A stretch of 63,472 nt of DNA, counting the filler, from Octopus bimaculoides (taxonomy: Eukaryota), in assembly GCF_001194135.2 (NCBI RefSeq). It is 4 parts of 3 records of this genome, joined end to end, with 100 filler letters (N's around TTAATTAATTAA, not from the genome) between each part and the next. Parts side by side here need not be neighbours in the genome. Positions count along the whole stretch, not along the records: positions 36,952 to 61,402 come from NC_069001.1; 3 more parts are not named here. The stretch is one strand, 5' to 3'. Shown here piece after piece: positions 40,102 to 54,100 of this stretch. A program made the translations under genes and the position numbers. The notes under the pieces are model-generated. The model did not search any database. It saw only the letters and a program-made list of their open reading frames with translations, and was not told where the DNA came from. Position 1 is the stretch's first letter. Every line of letters starts with the position of its first letter.

Positions 40102-41893
40102 CAACACAGAAAGAAATAAGGAGAAAAACAAGGAGAAAAAAACATAAATGTAGTGGTCAGCAATCTATCATGGTGTGTGTGCTTGTGTGTGTATTTATGT
40201 ATGTATGTATATGCATGTACAAAAAGATATATACTCCCTCTCACAAAAAAAAAAAAATAGCCAATGAGAAATTACACTACATTTTACCTTTTTTTTATTA
40301 CTTGTTTTAGTCATTTTTGATTGTGGCCGAGGGTTTTAGTTGACCAAATTGACCCCAGGACTTATTATTTAAAGCGTGTTATTCATTATATCGATCTCTT
40401 TTGCCAAACCGCTAAGTTTCGGGGACATAGACACACCAATATCGGTTGTCTTGCGAGGGTGGGGAGCAACACAGACAAACATACACACACACACACACAC
40501 ATGTTTACACGACAGGCTTCTTTCAGTTTGCGTCCACCAAATCCACTCGCAAAGCTTTGGGAGGCCCAAGGCTATAGTGGAAGACACTTGCCCAAGATGC
40601 CACGCAGTGGGACTGAATCTGGTACCATGTGGTTGAGAAGCAAAGTTTTTACAACACAGCCACGCCTGTGCTTAAAAAACAAAACGAAACCAAGATATGA
40701 ACATTTTCGCTTTATACACAATGGTCTTAGATATAAGTTCTCTCTGACATAATTTGCAGAAATTCAACATACGCAAAGATGTTGAATGTTGCTGATGCCT
40801 CGGTGGCCTGACTACATTTGTAGAGTAGATAACAAAGCCTGAAATAAATTCCTATGCTTTCAACAGCATCGTATTGACAAAAAACAGAATACCACTGACA
40901 CGGTTAAATTTGGCAGAAGATATATATTTTGCTAAAATATCCTGTAAGATTTATCTTTCTTCCAAATGAACCAAAAATTTTATCAGTTTTTGTAAATATT
41001 CGTTGAATGAGCAAATATTCATTAAACATTTCCAAATGCTTATATTATTTTTATCTACAAAAAAGAGGGAAGAAATTCATCAATCTTTTTAAATATTCAT
41101 AAGCTTATTCAATAGTTCAATTTTATATCTGGTCCACATCAGACTGATGAAAAAACAGAATTTTAAAACTGTCTGCTGGAGTTATGAGAAATTAATGCTA
41201 AATTATAAAAATAAAATATCGCTTTTAATTCTATTTTAATTATATTATCAGACACAGAGAAAAAGAGCTTGGAACGTTTCCAACAATGATTTTTTTTTTT
41301 CTCGTACAAAGTTTATGAAGTGAGATATGAATTTACATTAAATAAAAAAAATAATAATAAGAAATCCTGATGAAACTAAGAAAAAAGTTCTCATTGCTCA
41401 TGATGGTGGCCATTGATCACGATTCTCAGATAAAATGGTGAAGCGATTGAACAAAGAATGACTGGAAGAATGTTGGAGATGCTTTGGTAGACTTCAAGCA
41501 CACACAGCGATGATTAAAAGTAGAACATGAATTTATTCATGTAGTTCTTTCGTATGTGAAGGCGTGTGACCTAGTGGTTAGGCTGCTTACGATCGCTAGA
41601 TCGTGGGTTCAATTCCCTGATTTGGCGGTACTTTGTGTTTTTGAGCAAAACACTTCATTTCACGTTGCTCCAGTCCCCCTTTCGATCGTTGCTCATGATG
41701 GTGGTAGTGGTGGTGGAGTGTGTTACGTTCTGAGTTCAAATCCTACCGAGGTCAAATTTACCTTTATCACTCCAAGATGATTGCATAAATTACCAGTCAA
41801 GTATTGGGGGCTGATGGAAATGTCGGCTTGCTCACCTAGCTAGCAGAGTGGCGTCAGAGAGACAGACAGACAGGCAGACGGATAGATAGATAA

Positions 41894-41935
<42 letters not shown>

Positions 41936-42699
41936 CTTATGCTTGTACATATTGCTTTATTTTAAGGATATAAAAACTTTCACAACTCTGCAACATTTGA
42001 GTAAGTTATTAAGTTGGAGGTACGATAACCTGGCAACATTAATTACTACCCATCCTAAAGGCACAAGTCTCTTTTCTCTCAGGGTGAGGTCATTATAGTG
42101 TTCCACCAAAAAATTTTGCTGACAAATGAGTAAACTGAATTTTCATGTTAGATAATTTGTTTAACCTATTTTCCAAGTGAATGAAATGGCATCGTCACAT
42201 ATATGGATACTAGTGCGAATTGAACCAGTAACAAAGTTTTATAAACGATACATCTCGTTAGTAAAGTTTGTACTTTGCAACTAAAAGGTATCCTATGTGA
42301 TCTGTTAAGTGTCTTTATATATATATNNNNNNNNNNNNNNNNNNNNNNNNNNNNNNNNNNNNNNNNNNNNNNNNNNNNNNNNNNNNNNNNNNNNNNNNNN
42401 NNNNNNNNNNNNNNNNNNNNNNNNNNGTAGAAAATGCTAAAATAATTTTATAAAAAACATTTCAATACCGGTTTCAATCATTGAGAATTTTTCAACTGTA
42501 AGTATAAAAAACAATTAAATTTTCGGAAAATTAAAAGAAAAGTTTTTTTTAAAAAATATTTGCATAGTGTTCAGATGCAGGTGGCCTTTTCCTTGTTTCT
42601 GCTTGTTTCTGTCTCTCTTGTTTACTCTTGTGGGTTTGACCTTGAACCCACAAGAGTAAACAGGAGAGACAGAGACAGGCAGAAACAAGGAAAATGCCT

Positions 42700-43400
42700 C
42701 TTGTATTAGCATAGTTTGTATATAATATATTACAGTTATGTTGAAAGAGGTGATATGGGAAAGTGCTGCATTAACAAGACATTTGTGGAGTAATTGATGG
42801 GCTAATTCAACTAAGCAACATGCTATGTGCCCGTTTGGATTATTTCAGGCCTTAACTTGTCATGGAAAATTGGGTATAGGGGTTATGTGATTTTTGAACT
42901 CTCCGAAAAGCTGTCAGTGGATATACTCTCCTTTGCAGCAGTCGGCGCTGTGTCTAACATGACCCATCATCTAAAATTTTGACACCTCCTTCAGGTTTGT
43001 TGACCCACATCATTCATAAAGTAAATTTGGAGGAACTGTGGTTGTTCATTTGTGGGTAACAGGGAACCAATGAGGTGATAGACTTGCCCTTGAACTTTGA
43101 CGTCCGCATAAATTCATGTTTATCTATCTCCTTAGATGCAGTAAACGATGTCATTTGAAATGCAGAGTCGTCTTGTCTGATATTGTTCAGAAAATCCTTT
43201 GGCTGGATGGAAGTGCCTTCTAGAAGATCCATAAGAGGTTGAGAAGGAGCTGGTAGTGCTGGCAATGTTACCTGGCTGCCTGAGAAGCACATACCATTTG
43301 TTTCATTTGAAAATTTGTGTTTAGCACACCAATTTGGACAGTTATTATTTTTATAAGAATGGGATGGATCATATCAGAAAACAACTTCAGGAGTTGTGAA
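42700..43400 (-). mobile_element. Helitron Rep/helicase N-terminal fragment
   Basis: CPNWCAKHKFSNETNGMCFSGSQVTLP...KDFLNNIRQDDSAFQMTSF...IYFM resembles the Helitron C..C.A.KF..E..GMCC..GKV.LP...FL.NIR.YNS.FQMTSF signature. Confidence 0.85.
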
Positions 43401-43719
43401 GAACGAATTTGTACATACTCCCTTTCTTAGAGCTCTTCTATCGGACCTCTGTCTAATCATTTTAGAACTGAAAGTAATATCTCACTTTACAATAGAGACG
43501 TAATACTGAAATAGAGTAAGAGATAAGAGATTGCTCTGGGCTCGCATTAGGCAAGAAGTTGGAAATTTTTTTGGCCCATGACACTGCATGGACCTTGGCT
43601 TTTGTATTTGATGCCTGTTTCTTTAAGTATTTTATTTCAATTTTCACTGATATAGTGGTAAGAACAATGGGATATGTAACAGTAGTTTTTAATAAAAAGC
43701 ATGGATGATATGACATGTG

Positions 43720-43752
<33 letters not shown>

Positions 43753-46700
43753 CTATTGGCACAAACACCCATCTAGTACGCATTAGAACTGAGCAGATTG
43801 GAGCCTTGTGAAAAAATTGCGTTGAGCCATCCAACCCAGAAATGGAAACTAGTGTCTAAAAAAAGATGAGATGAAACAGGTAACCACCATGCCATGCTCT
43901 TTCACAGGCTAAAAACATCCCTCCTCTTTCTCTTTCTCCCTCCCATAGTTTTCCTCTCTTCCACTAAATTGTCTATCATTTTATTCTTTTCCTTCCTATT
44001 TTCTTTCCTTCATTTTTTTCATCCTCACACATGCTATATTTCATTACCGTTCACTCTCCTTTCTTTAGTCTTCCAGTTTTTTATCTTTCTGATTTCTTCT
44101 TTTTAACTTCAACAATATTTTCATCGCCAGCTGCCTTTTTCTATTGTTTTTTTCTCCTAAACTTTTTCTCATTCTTCTTACTTTTCTCTATTTCCGTTGT
44201 CCTTGAATTGTGTTTTTATCTCCAAGTTATAAAAAAAGTCTTCATTCTGATAGAAACGCTGGCTTCCTCTGTATAAACAAAAGTTGAAATATATTGACCC
44301 GATTGTTAGAAAATGGCAAATAAAATATACACACTCAAACACATTTACACATTAAAACACAAGCGCACACATATATACGCACATGCTCGAAATTACAGTA
44401 TGGGTCTCTTTAAAATTCTTTGCTGCTTGCCTAATCAACAGAGGAGCCCTACATCATTTAGGATGATGTGTGTTCCAGTTGATTCAACGATCAACGGAAC
44501 AGCCTGCTCATGAAATAAACGTGTAAGTAAGTTGACCACTCGACAGACGCACGTTCCCTTAATGTAGTTCTCAGGGAGATTCAACATGTCACTGGACTGT
44601 CCTATTGAACTAAAGGTGCGACTAATTTTTGCCAACTGAATGGCTTGAAGCAACATGAAATAAAGTGTCTTGCTGAAGAAGCACAACACGCTGATTACAA
44701 CAACCAGAAAGTAACGCGTCTAACCATAATATTACTAAATAACCTGTGTACCAATTTACTAATTTAACTACTGGCAAGATCCCCACCTCTATAATGAATA
44801 TCATGTGATCGCGTCACTGACCAGACTCCCAGATGTTAGACATCGCTGGCCACAGTGCTCTTTGCATTGTTTTAGCTTTCAAATGATGCCACCCTGGTGA
44901 GCAGCCTAATATTTCTCTCTGATCGAAAGGGGGACTGGAGGAATGTGAAATGAAGTGTTTTGCTCAAGAACAACACACCACCCTGTCTGGGAATCGAACC
45001 CACGATCTAGCGATCATGGGTACAATAACCTAACCACTAGGCCACGTGCCTTCACAATGAATATAATTATGTTAAATTTAGACTGAATACTTTTCTGTCT
45101 AATAACAGATGAATTATTCTGAAGGATGTATTCGTATGCTAACGACAGCTGTGTCTTCGGTGCATTTTTGATTCCCAACTGTAGCCGTGATTTCCATCAA
45201 TAATCAATAGAATAGAGAGTAATCAATAGTCTTCACCAGGATTATTTGGTCACTGAACACTACATCAATACAAAGCAGCCAACGAATGAGCCTCCAATTT
45301 ATCATTTCAGTTATTAGAAATAACAGTTAAATCTCCCTAAAATCATGCCTCACTAATGTAAAAGATTAGTATAAGGTGTATAAACGGATGTGATGGTCAC
45401 AGCTAGAGCATCTTTGATGACATCCGTGCTTGATCAGATGTATTTTGATCCTTTATTCAGTAGGAAAGCGATGCCCATAACCCATATTAGTGTCATTTTG
45501 CACTGCTTTCCTACATTTCCTCTATCATTTGGTTGTATTTGGTCATTTGGGGAAATGTAATTTCAAACCTGATACTTGATTCTGCTGGTTACAACAGAGT
45601 AGACTCTGCTAAAAGCACCCAAAGTGCTGGGTGATGGTGTTAAACTGAGCGACGTGTTTTAACATGTCGCCCTGACAAGTAAGCCATGGTGGGATTTGAA
45701 CTCAGAAGACAAACAATTGAGACAAATATCACAAATCCCCTGATCCGATATTATTACAATTTTCCACCTGTCCACCGACTTCATCATCATCATCGTTTAA
45801 CGTCCGCTTTCCATGCTAGCATGGGTTGGACGATTTGACTGAGGACTGGTGAAACCGGATGGCAACACCAGGCTCCAGTCTGATTTGGCAGAGTTTCTAC
45901 AGCTGGATGCCCTNNNNNNNNNNTGGCAACACCAGGCTCCAGTCTGATTTGGCAGAGTTTCTACAGCTGGATGCCCTTCCTAACGCCAACCACTCAGAGA
46001 GTGTAGTGGGTGCTTTTACGTGTCACCCGCACAACACTTGGATTAATATATTTTATATTGACACCAAAAGACAAAATATTGACCTCAGTGAGATTCGAAC
46101 GCAGACCGTTGGAATAAATATTAAGAAACACTTTGTTCAATAGTCTTATGACTTCATCAAGTAGTCGTTTAAGCTTATACATAACGAGCAAAATTACAAA
46201 ATTGCATGTCTTCAAAAAGCCTCAGTAGACCTCTGATAAAAAATATTCCAGCCCTGACGATTCCATTTTTTGAATGTCTAGCACCATATTCTATGCATAT
46301 AATTTTTCTTTTATTTTAAAGCATTTGCTTATAATTTATTGGTGCAGGCGTGGCTGCTTCCTAATCACTTGGCTCCGTGTTCAGTCTCACCACGAGGCAA
46401 CTTGAGAAAGTGTCTTCCACTACAGACACGAACTGACCAAAGCCTTGTGAGTTGATTTGGTAGAGGGGAAACTAAAAGAAGCCCGTAATATATGTGTGTG
46501 TGTGTGTGTGTCTTTGTGCATGTGTTTGTCCCCCACCACTGCTTGACAACTGGTGTTGGTGTCTTTACGTCTCCATAACTTAGTGTTCTCGCAAAAGAAA
46601 TGGTTGAAATAAGAATCAAGGTTTGCAAAATATTATTAATAAATTCTTGGGTCGATGAGTTCGACTAAAATCCAGCATGGTCGCAGTCAAATGACTGAAA

Positions 46701-48329
46701 TTAGTAAAACAATAAAATGTAAAAGACAATTTAAAGAAATTTCACTGCTATTTCTAGCAGACTGAACGACTGCTTGGACATTCCTTTGTTGATAGGTTTC
46801 TTTTGTCGTGATTTCAGCCGTGGTTAGTAAAGTAAATCTATTATTGTGGTTAATATAGTAAATCTATTACTGTTGCAATTAATTTTGTGCACGAAATGGT
46901 TACTTGCTTTCTGTTTCGTATTTTCCAGGATTGACAATAAGGTTATTGGACGGACATTCCATACTGATCTGTTTTGATGTACCCTTCACATATTTCAATT
47001 TTAGTATTTTTGTTTCACTGTGTGTGGTCTTTGTGCAATCTGTGATGATGCAAACTGCTGTATTTTGGTAATTCTTTGCAATAGTTCATTGGCAAATATG
47101 AACATTCAGGTAAAACTTGTATAATCCATGATTAATTTGATGCCATCATTTGTGTCTGTGATGTCCAATTGTGGTATTTGAAAATCCTCTTAGTATGTCT
47201 GCATCTCGTTTAGCATTATTTATTATGTCTCCTCTGTGGAATGTAAATGTTGATCAGATCATGCGGGTAATTCTTATTATGGTTCACCTGTGTAGGTGTG
47301 TGTGTGTGTGAGTGTGAGTACGTAGGTGTGTGTAAGGATGCGAGTTTGTGTGTATGCTGTAGGATGGATGTATTTATGCTGTTGCAAGTAATGGTTTCTG
47401 ACATTCTTTGATGAGGATGATAAATTTGTTTGTTACTATTTGTAGTTTGTTTATATATTTGTTTGGAGCCAGGTTTCCAGATATTTTCTAAGTCCAAAGC
47501 TGGATTGAATCCAAAAATTTTAGCGTATTGTATTAATATCATTTCGGGAAGATTTATTTAAAATTGTTTGTCTTATAAGAAATATAAAGTATAAGCAGTA
47601 AACAGACAATTTCTCTGTTCATTAAATAAAAATACTGGATGGTTAATGGCATCTAAATTGGTAAGATGGTATCTGATCAAACACAAACACAGCTGCTTTA
47701 GAATGCAACGAGTGTTTATATACAATGCATTTGTGTAAATAGTTTTTGCATTAATATGAATTTTATTGTGCGTTAGGAAAATATATACAAAATAAATAGA
47801 GAATATCACAGTTGATACATATATACATTCATACACACTCATGTATACATACATACATACACCGTCATACATACATACATACATACACACTCAGTGCCCC
47901 TGGACTGGCTCTTGTGCGGGTGGCACATGAGATGCACCATTTTGAGCGTGGCCGTTGCCAGTACCGCCTGACTGGCTCCCGTAGGATTTTCGAGTGAGAT
48001 CGTTGCCAGTGCCCCTGGACTGGCTTGTGCGGGTGGCACATAAAAGACACCATTTCGAGCGTGGCCGTTTTCGTGCGGGTGACACATAAAAGCACCCACT
48101 ACACTCTCTGAGTGGTTGGCGTTAGGAAGGGCATCCAGCTGTAGAAACTCTGCCAAATTAGATTGGAGCCTGGTGTTGCCATCCGGTTTCACCAGTCCTC
48201 AGTCAAATCGTCCAACTCATGCTAGCATGGAAAGCGGACGTTAAACGATGATGATGATGATGATGATACTCAGTCAAACATACATACATACAGACATACA
48301 TTCGGCAGATGTTAACTTAAAGCTGAAGA

Positions 48330-48558
48330 TCAGTGAAAAAGAGAATAACTATGCTAAATTATGGAGACATCAGTAGTTATTCTATCCAAATTACAAATTC
48401 AGGTTTATACCTGTAATTATTGGGGCACTGGGATATGTAACACACTGCTTAAATACCAATCTTGAGAAATTAGGCTTCTCAAAAGCAGAAAGGAGGAAGC
48501 TGATTCGAAGACTACAGATCCAAGACATCACTGGAACTGTAAAAATCTGTAAAACTCT
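48330..48558 (+). mobile_element. REL-endonuclease non-LTR retrotransposon 3' fragment (R4/NeSL-like)
   Basis: YKFRFIPVIIGALGYV...NLEKLGF...RRLQIQDITGTVKICKT. Confidence 0.65.
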
Positions 48559-49538
48559 CCCCAATAATTACAGGTATATACCTGAACTTGTAATACCAAT
48601 ATGTATGTATGTATGTGTGGAGGCGCAATGGCCCAGTGGTTCGGGCAGCGGACTCGCGGTCATAGGATCACGGTTTCGATTCCCAGACCGGGCATTGTGA
48701 GTGTTTATTGAGCGAAAACACCAAAAGCTTCACAAGGCTCCGGCAAGGGATGGTGGTGAACCCTGCTGTACTCTTTCACCACAACTTTCTCTCACTCTTT
48801 CTTCCTGTTTCTGCTGTACCTGTATTTCAAAGGGCCAGCCTTATCACACTGTGTCATGCTGAATATCCCCGAGAACTACGTTAAGGGTACATGTGTGTCT
48901 GTGGAGTGCTCAGCCACTCGCACATTAATTTCACGAGCAGGATGTTCCATTGATTGGATCAACTGGAACCCTCGATGTCGTAAGCGACGTAATGCCTCCA
49001 TTCATCTTCCCACACAACTTCAGCCTCAACACAGAAGCCTACAACAAGTGTCTGGAGGAGGGTGGCTGCTGGAAGATCTGGACGCACCGCCCAAATAGGG
49101 ATTTGAACCAACAATCTAGCGATCGTGAATGCAACATTCTCACCACTTGGCCACACACACACACACACACACACAATAATATTAGGGATAAGAATCCAAA
49201 TTTACAGGTAAAAACTCAATTAAATTCAATTTATCAGAAATTAAAATTAAATTAAGTTTCACAGTATAAAATATATAAATATATAGTTTTAGAGAAAAGA
49301 ACCAAAGTTCATGAACTCATCCATGAAAATCCACAGTCACATATAGAAAAAAATTAATAAGTAAATGCACGATAAATAAGTATAATATAATACAAAGTAA
49401 AAATAAGCTCTGTTGTCAATTTGTTTGACCAAAATTCTTCAAGGCGGTGCCCCAGCATGGCTGCAGTCTAATGACTAAGCATCTGTGACGTTTTACGTTC
49501 CCGTTTGTCAGATAGTTGTGATCAAGACCCTTAATCAT

Positions 49539-49580
49539 AACTGTCTGAGGAACGGGAACGTGAAACTCTGGGTCACAGTT
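49539..49580 (+). ncRNA. Minimal type-I hammerhead ribozyme (family B), full consensus
   Basis: Stem I AACTGT/ACAGTT; core CTGAGGA; stem II ACG-GGAA-CGT; GAAA; near-palindromic stem III ACTC-T-GGGT; GUC triplet. Confidence 0.85.
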
Positions 49581-50421
49581 TTTTGTGATGTTTTTGCAAC
49601 TTTAATAAAAAAGCATATCACTCTATCTTCGGTATTTGAGTACTACTTTTGCAACCTTGCTTTGCATTTATGTGCTTACTTGTATATATATATGTGTGTG
49701 TGTGTGTGTCATTGATTGTGTGTATATTTTCATATCAAGAAGTAATAAGCAGGAAAGTTCATATTGACACCAAAATCTCTAGGTCAGCTGGTGCAAGAAA
49801 ATATACTCAGTGAACTTTATAAATTAGTTGATAAATGGAAGGTAATCAACTGTGAATATCATGCTTAAATAGCTGCATAAAGATCAACAAAACTAAGCGG
49901 TTTTTTTTTATCAATTCCTTCATATTTACACGCAGTGAAATTCGAATTTATCAAGAATAATACTTGTAATCATATGGACCATTATAAAATAGAATTCAAT
50001 AACTCCAGCTTTGTTCAGTCAATTTTTCTTACAACTAAATCTCATTTCTCAAACTCTGTAGAACTCTTTCCACCATCCTTTCACTTGTTATTATTTGTTT
50101 TCTTTTTATCTGTTGTAATTCATTTTGTTTAGTTTTGTATTGGACTGTGTATCTTTTATCTTTCATCTTTTACTTGTTCCAGTCATTAGATTGCGGCCAT
50201 GCCGGGGCACTGCCTTGAAAAATTTTGGTCAAACAAATTGACCCCAGAGCTTATTTTTAATGCCTGGTACTTATTCTATCGTTTTCTTTTCTCGATTCGC
50301 TAAGTTACGGATTTATAAACAAACCAACACCAGTTGTCAAGCGGTGGTGGTGGACAAACACAGACATTCATAGATTTATATACATAAACATATACATATA
50401 TCTATATATAAACATATATAT

Positions 50422-50465
<44 letters not shown>

Positions 50466-50728
50466 GCTTTTGTGTTAACGCTGCAAAAACATCACAAAAA
50501 TCTGTGACTCAGAGTTACTCATAGGGTATTGGAATTTTAATAATGGATTTACAAAGGCAACGACCAATCTTAAAATCAATTGGATCTTACTCACAAGGTA
50601 TTGGAATCCTATATGTATGCCATTCTGCCCAAACATTGGATCTGGATTTACAAATACAATATCTCTGCATTCACTCTCTATTTCCTATCTTAACTAAACT
50701 AACTATTGCTTAATCATCTTCTCATACC

Positions 50729-50776
50729 GTCTCCGATGAAAGGATATAATAAATATCCTGGAAACAGCTGTAAGAC
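50729..50776 (+). ncRNA. Minimal type-I hammerhead (family C), one core substitution
   Basis: Stem I GTCT/AGAC; CCGATGA; stem II AGGATAT/ATATCCT; GAAA; palindromic stem III ACAGCTGT; GUA triplet. Confidence 0.7.
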
Positions 50777-51093
50777 ATTCTATTTATAAATATTCTGTAT
50801 TATACACAGCCTTGGTCTTTTATCTCATTACGAACAGTAAATCCTTATATATATATATATATATATATATATNNNNNNNNNNNNNNNNNNNNNNNNNNNN
50901 NNNNNNNNNNNNNNNNNNNNNNNNNNNNNNNNNNNNNNNNNNNNNNNNNNNNNNNNNNNNNNNNNNNNNNNNNNNNNNNNNNNNNNNNNNNNNNNNNNNN
51001 NNNNNNNNNNNNNNNNNNNNNNNNNNNNNNNNNNNNNNNNNNNNNNNNNNNNNNNNNNNNNNNNNNNNNNNNNNNNNNNNNNNNNNNNNNNNN

Positions 51094-51146
<53 letters not shown>

Positions 51147-54100
51147 TTATATATATTCTGTCTTATAAGGTTAAATACACAATCTTTCTCTGCTGCTCTC
51201 AGTTTTACTGTGTTCGAAATTTACTTTCTTGTCTGTAAAATGCCAAACACATTCGACGCTTTCAAAGTTTGTTCCTAAAATGTTGTCTGTTTCGAAGACA
51301 TTTACCATTAAAATTGACGGTAATTGTTGTCAAGGGACTTCTAGTTTAATGGCAGAGCACTCCGTCGGTATTTGAGAAATAGAAAACTTAAATATAACCT
51401 CTAAATTGTTAGGGAATGTCTTTTCTAGAGCTACATATTAAACTACAAATAGAATGTCATGCAAAACTTGTACAAAAAGGCATATAAAAGTTTATTTGCT
51501 AAGAGGCACATAATCATAAACCACCAGAAAATATTCAAAATGCGAATATTTTCAACCAATTTCTAATCATGGTAATTATTCAAGTCGCAGCTGCGCAGGT
51601 TATCATCATTTCACTGCAGTTCGTAATCACTGAATAAAACCAACATGTCTGTTTACATATGTTAACTTCTTGCATTAATCTCTGTCTTTCTCGTTAATCA
51701 CACAATTTTCACCTTACTGCTTGCTTTTATTTTCATTTTACCATTTCCTCTCATATTTGTCTAATTCTATTAGCCTTGTCCCTCTTATAAGCTTATTCTT
51801 TTTATATACATATATAAAGATGTATATTGCAATATGTCTTTATACATGAAAAATGATTATCTCAAATTTTACCCGCTCACATTTCAATTCTATTTACTGA
51901 CATCCCCTCTTCAACTCATTAACCATACAATTTATCCACAAACTTGTTACATGGTTCATAAATGGCTAATTTAGTGCATCTTCTAACCTAATCTATTTGT
52001 ATTGTTAATAAACCTCGATTTTTTCTTTTACTGAGGCATTCACCCCAATTTATGTTCTATTCAAATGGTATTGTTCTTGATTTTCCTGGGTTTACACTGT
52101 TTGCACCCCCACATCATTGTTTATATATTGTTTAAATAATATATGTAGTTCATAATCCACATGACTACATATTTGAATATTTGTATAGGTGAAAGAGTGG
52201 ATCTCCATAAGCGTTGAAACACACACACACATACACACACACAGGCGTAGGCGTAGCTGGTCTGGCTACATTTCCTCTGTGTGGCACCTTGGGCACACAG
52301 AGGAACTGAACGCAGAACCATGTGGTTAAGAAGCAAGCGTCTTACCATAAAGTCACACCTATACCACACAGCCACACTATTCATTTGACAGTGGCCATGC
52401 TGGAGCACCGCCTTTAGTCAAACAAATTGACTCCAGGACTTATTCTATCCGTCTCTTATTGCCAAACCGCTAGGTGACAGGAACGTAAACACACCCACAT
52501 TGGTTGTCAAGCGATGGTGAGGGACAAACACAGACACACTCATACATACATATACATATGTACGACAGGCTTGTTTCAGTTTCTGTCTACCAAATCCATT
52601 CACAAGGCTTTGGTCAGCCCGAGGCTATAGTAGAAGACACTTGCCCAAGGTGTCACGCAGTGGGACTGAATCTAGAACCATGTGGTTGGTTAGCAAGCTA
52701 CTTACCACACAGCCACTCCTGCACCTAGTTAATAATTTTTTAAGAAACTTTTCCTTCAAATAAATATGCATGCATATAGATAGATAGACAAATAGATGAG
52801 AATGTAGATATAGACATATACACCTTATTTATTCCCACTAAAACCGTACAAGCCTGATCTAAGATTATTTTTGAATTTACTCGAGTACATGCCATTGTTT
52901 CTAACTTTGAAACTAAATCTTCTGTGCATTACTCCAATATGTAATGCTCTTTTCCTTATATTTAAATAATTTTTTGTACACGTTCTTGGAAAACTCTTGT
53001 TAAATTTATATGCGATCATATCTTACCATGATCTACAATCTGGTTACTGAACTAAACATTTCAAATACAGTTGCTGGTTAGCTACATTTATATTTTTATA
53101 CTTCTTGCCCTTCTATCCTCGAAACTTTATACATTATCCATAGTTTTACTTAGACATACATTCATCTTACATCTAATTTTGTTCCGGTTTCTGTTGTATA
53201 AATATGTATAAATGAACACTCTGGTGTACTATGTAAACAGTACTTTTCGCCAAGTAGTGTACTTGAAGGCGCCTTAACAGACAGTGAAGCCATGCATTTT
53301 TCAATGTATGTTTATATTTAGATTTATATCTATACATTAGTAATTTAGTCTTTTACTATTCTGTAATGAAAAATATTTTAACAATAGTTCCTTACATAAC
53401 TTAATAGCCATATGCAGTTATTGTTCAAATGCGCAGAGATTAGTCTGTCCCTACAGCTTATATGTGTAAGAGCATGTGTTCTCGTTGACTTCTATTCATA
53501 ATAATAGAATGTTTTCCTATACTTCACTTTTTGTACCAGACCATCAACAATAATTTTAAGTTATTTTCGACTTTTCTATCGATTTTACAGCGGTAATTCA
53601 CTTCTCAGATTTTGCATCTAGGACGAGATTTTTACAGCAGTGAAGTGAAGAATACTAAAAACAAAATCCTGTGCCAAGTTCCTCTCCTTATCTTTGATTT
53701 TGGTGTAAGGAAGTACTGAAGTGCTTTGTCTCGTGTATCTGTGCTGGAATGCAAAAGGTTGTTGTTAAAGTATCTAGCAGGGTTATTTTAATAACAAATA
53801 ATTATATACATATGAATAGGTGCAAGTGGGGCTGTTTGGTAAGAAGCTTACTTCTCAAGCATATGGTTCCGGGTTCAGTCCCACTGCATGCCACCTTGGG
53901 TAAGTGTCTTCTATCATAGCTTTGGGCTGATCAAATCCTTGAGAGTGGATTTAGTAGACGGAAACTCAAAGAAGCCTGTCGTATTGTTTATATATAATAT
54001 ATATATACTCAATATAAAATAGTGTACATTTAAACACAAGAGAAAACTGCTAGAAGTAGTAGTCAAAACGACCAAAACCACATTTAAGAGCAATCTTCAA

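Noticed and set aside
46860-47830. Possible decayed Penelope ORF on the minus strand
   Set aside because: Only faint motif similarity (LENIWKP, NKNYP) across many stops; not enough to annotate.
52820-53030. Putative minus-strand exon EDLVSKLETMACTRVNSKIILDQACTVLVGINK with an AAG|gt donor
   Set aside because: Poor polypyrimidine tract, no recognised homology and no consistent neighbouring exons.
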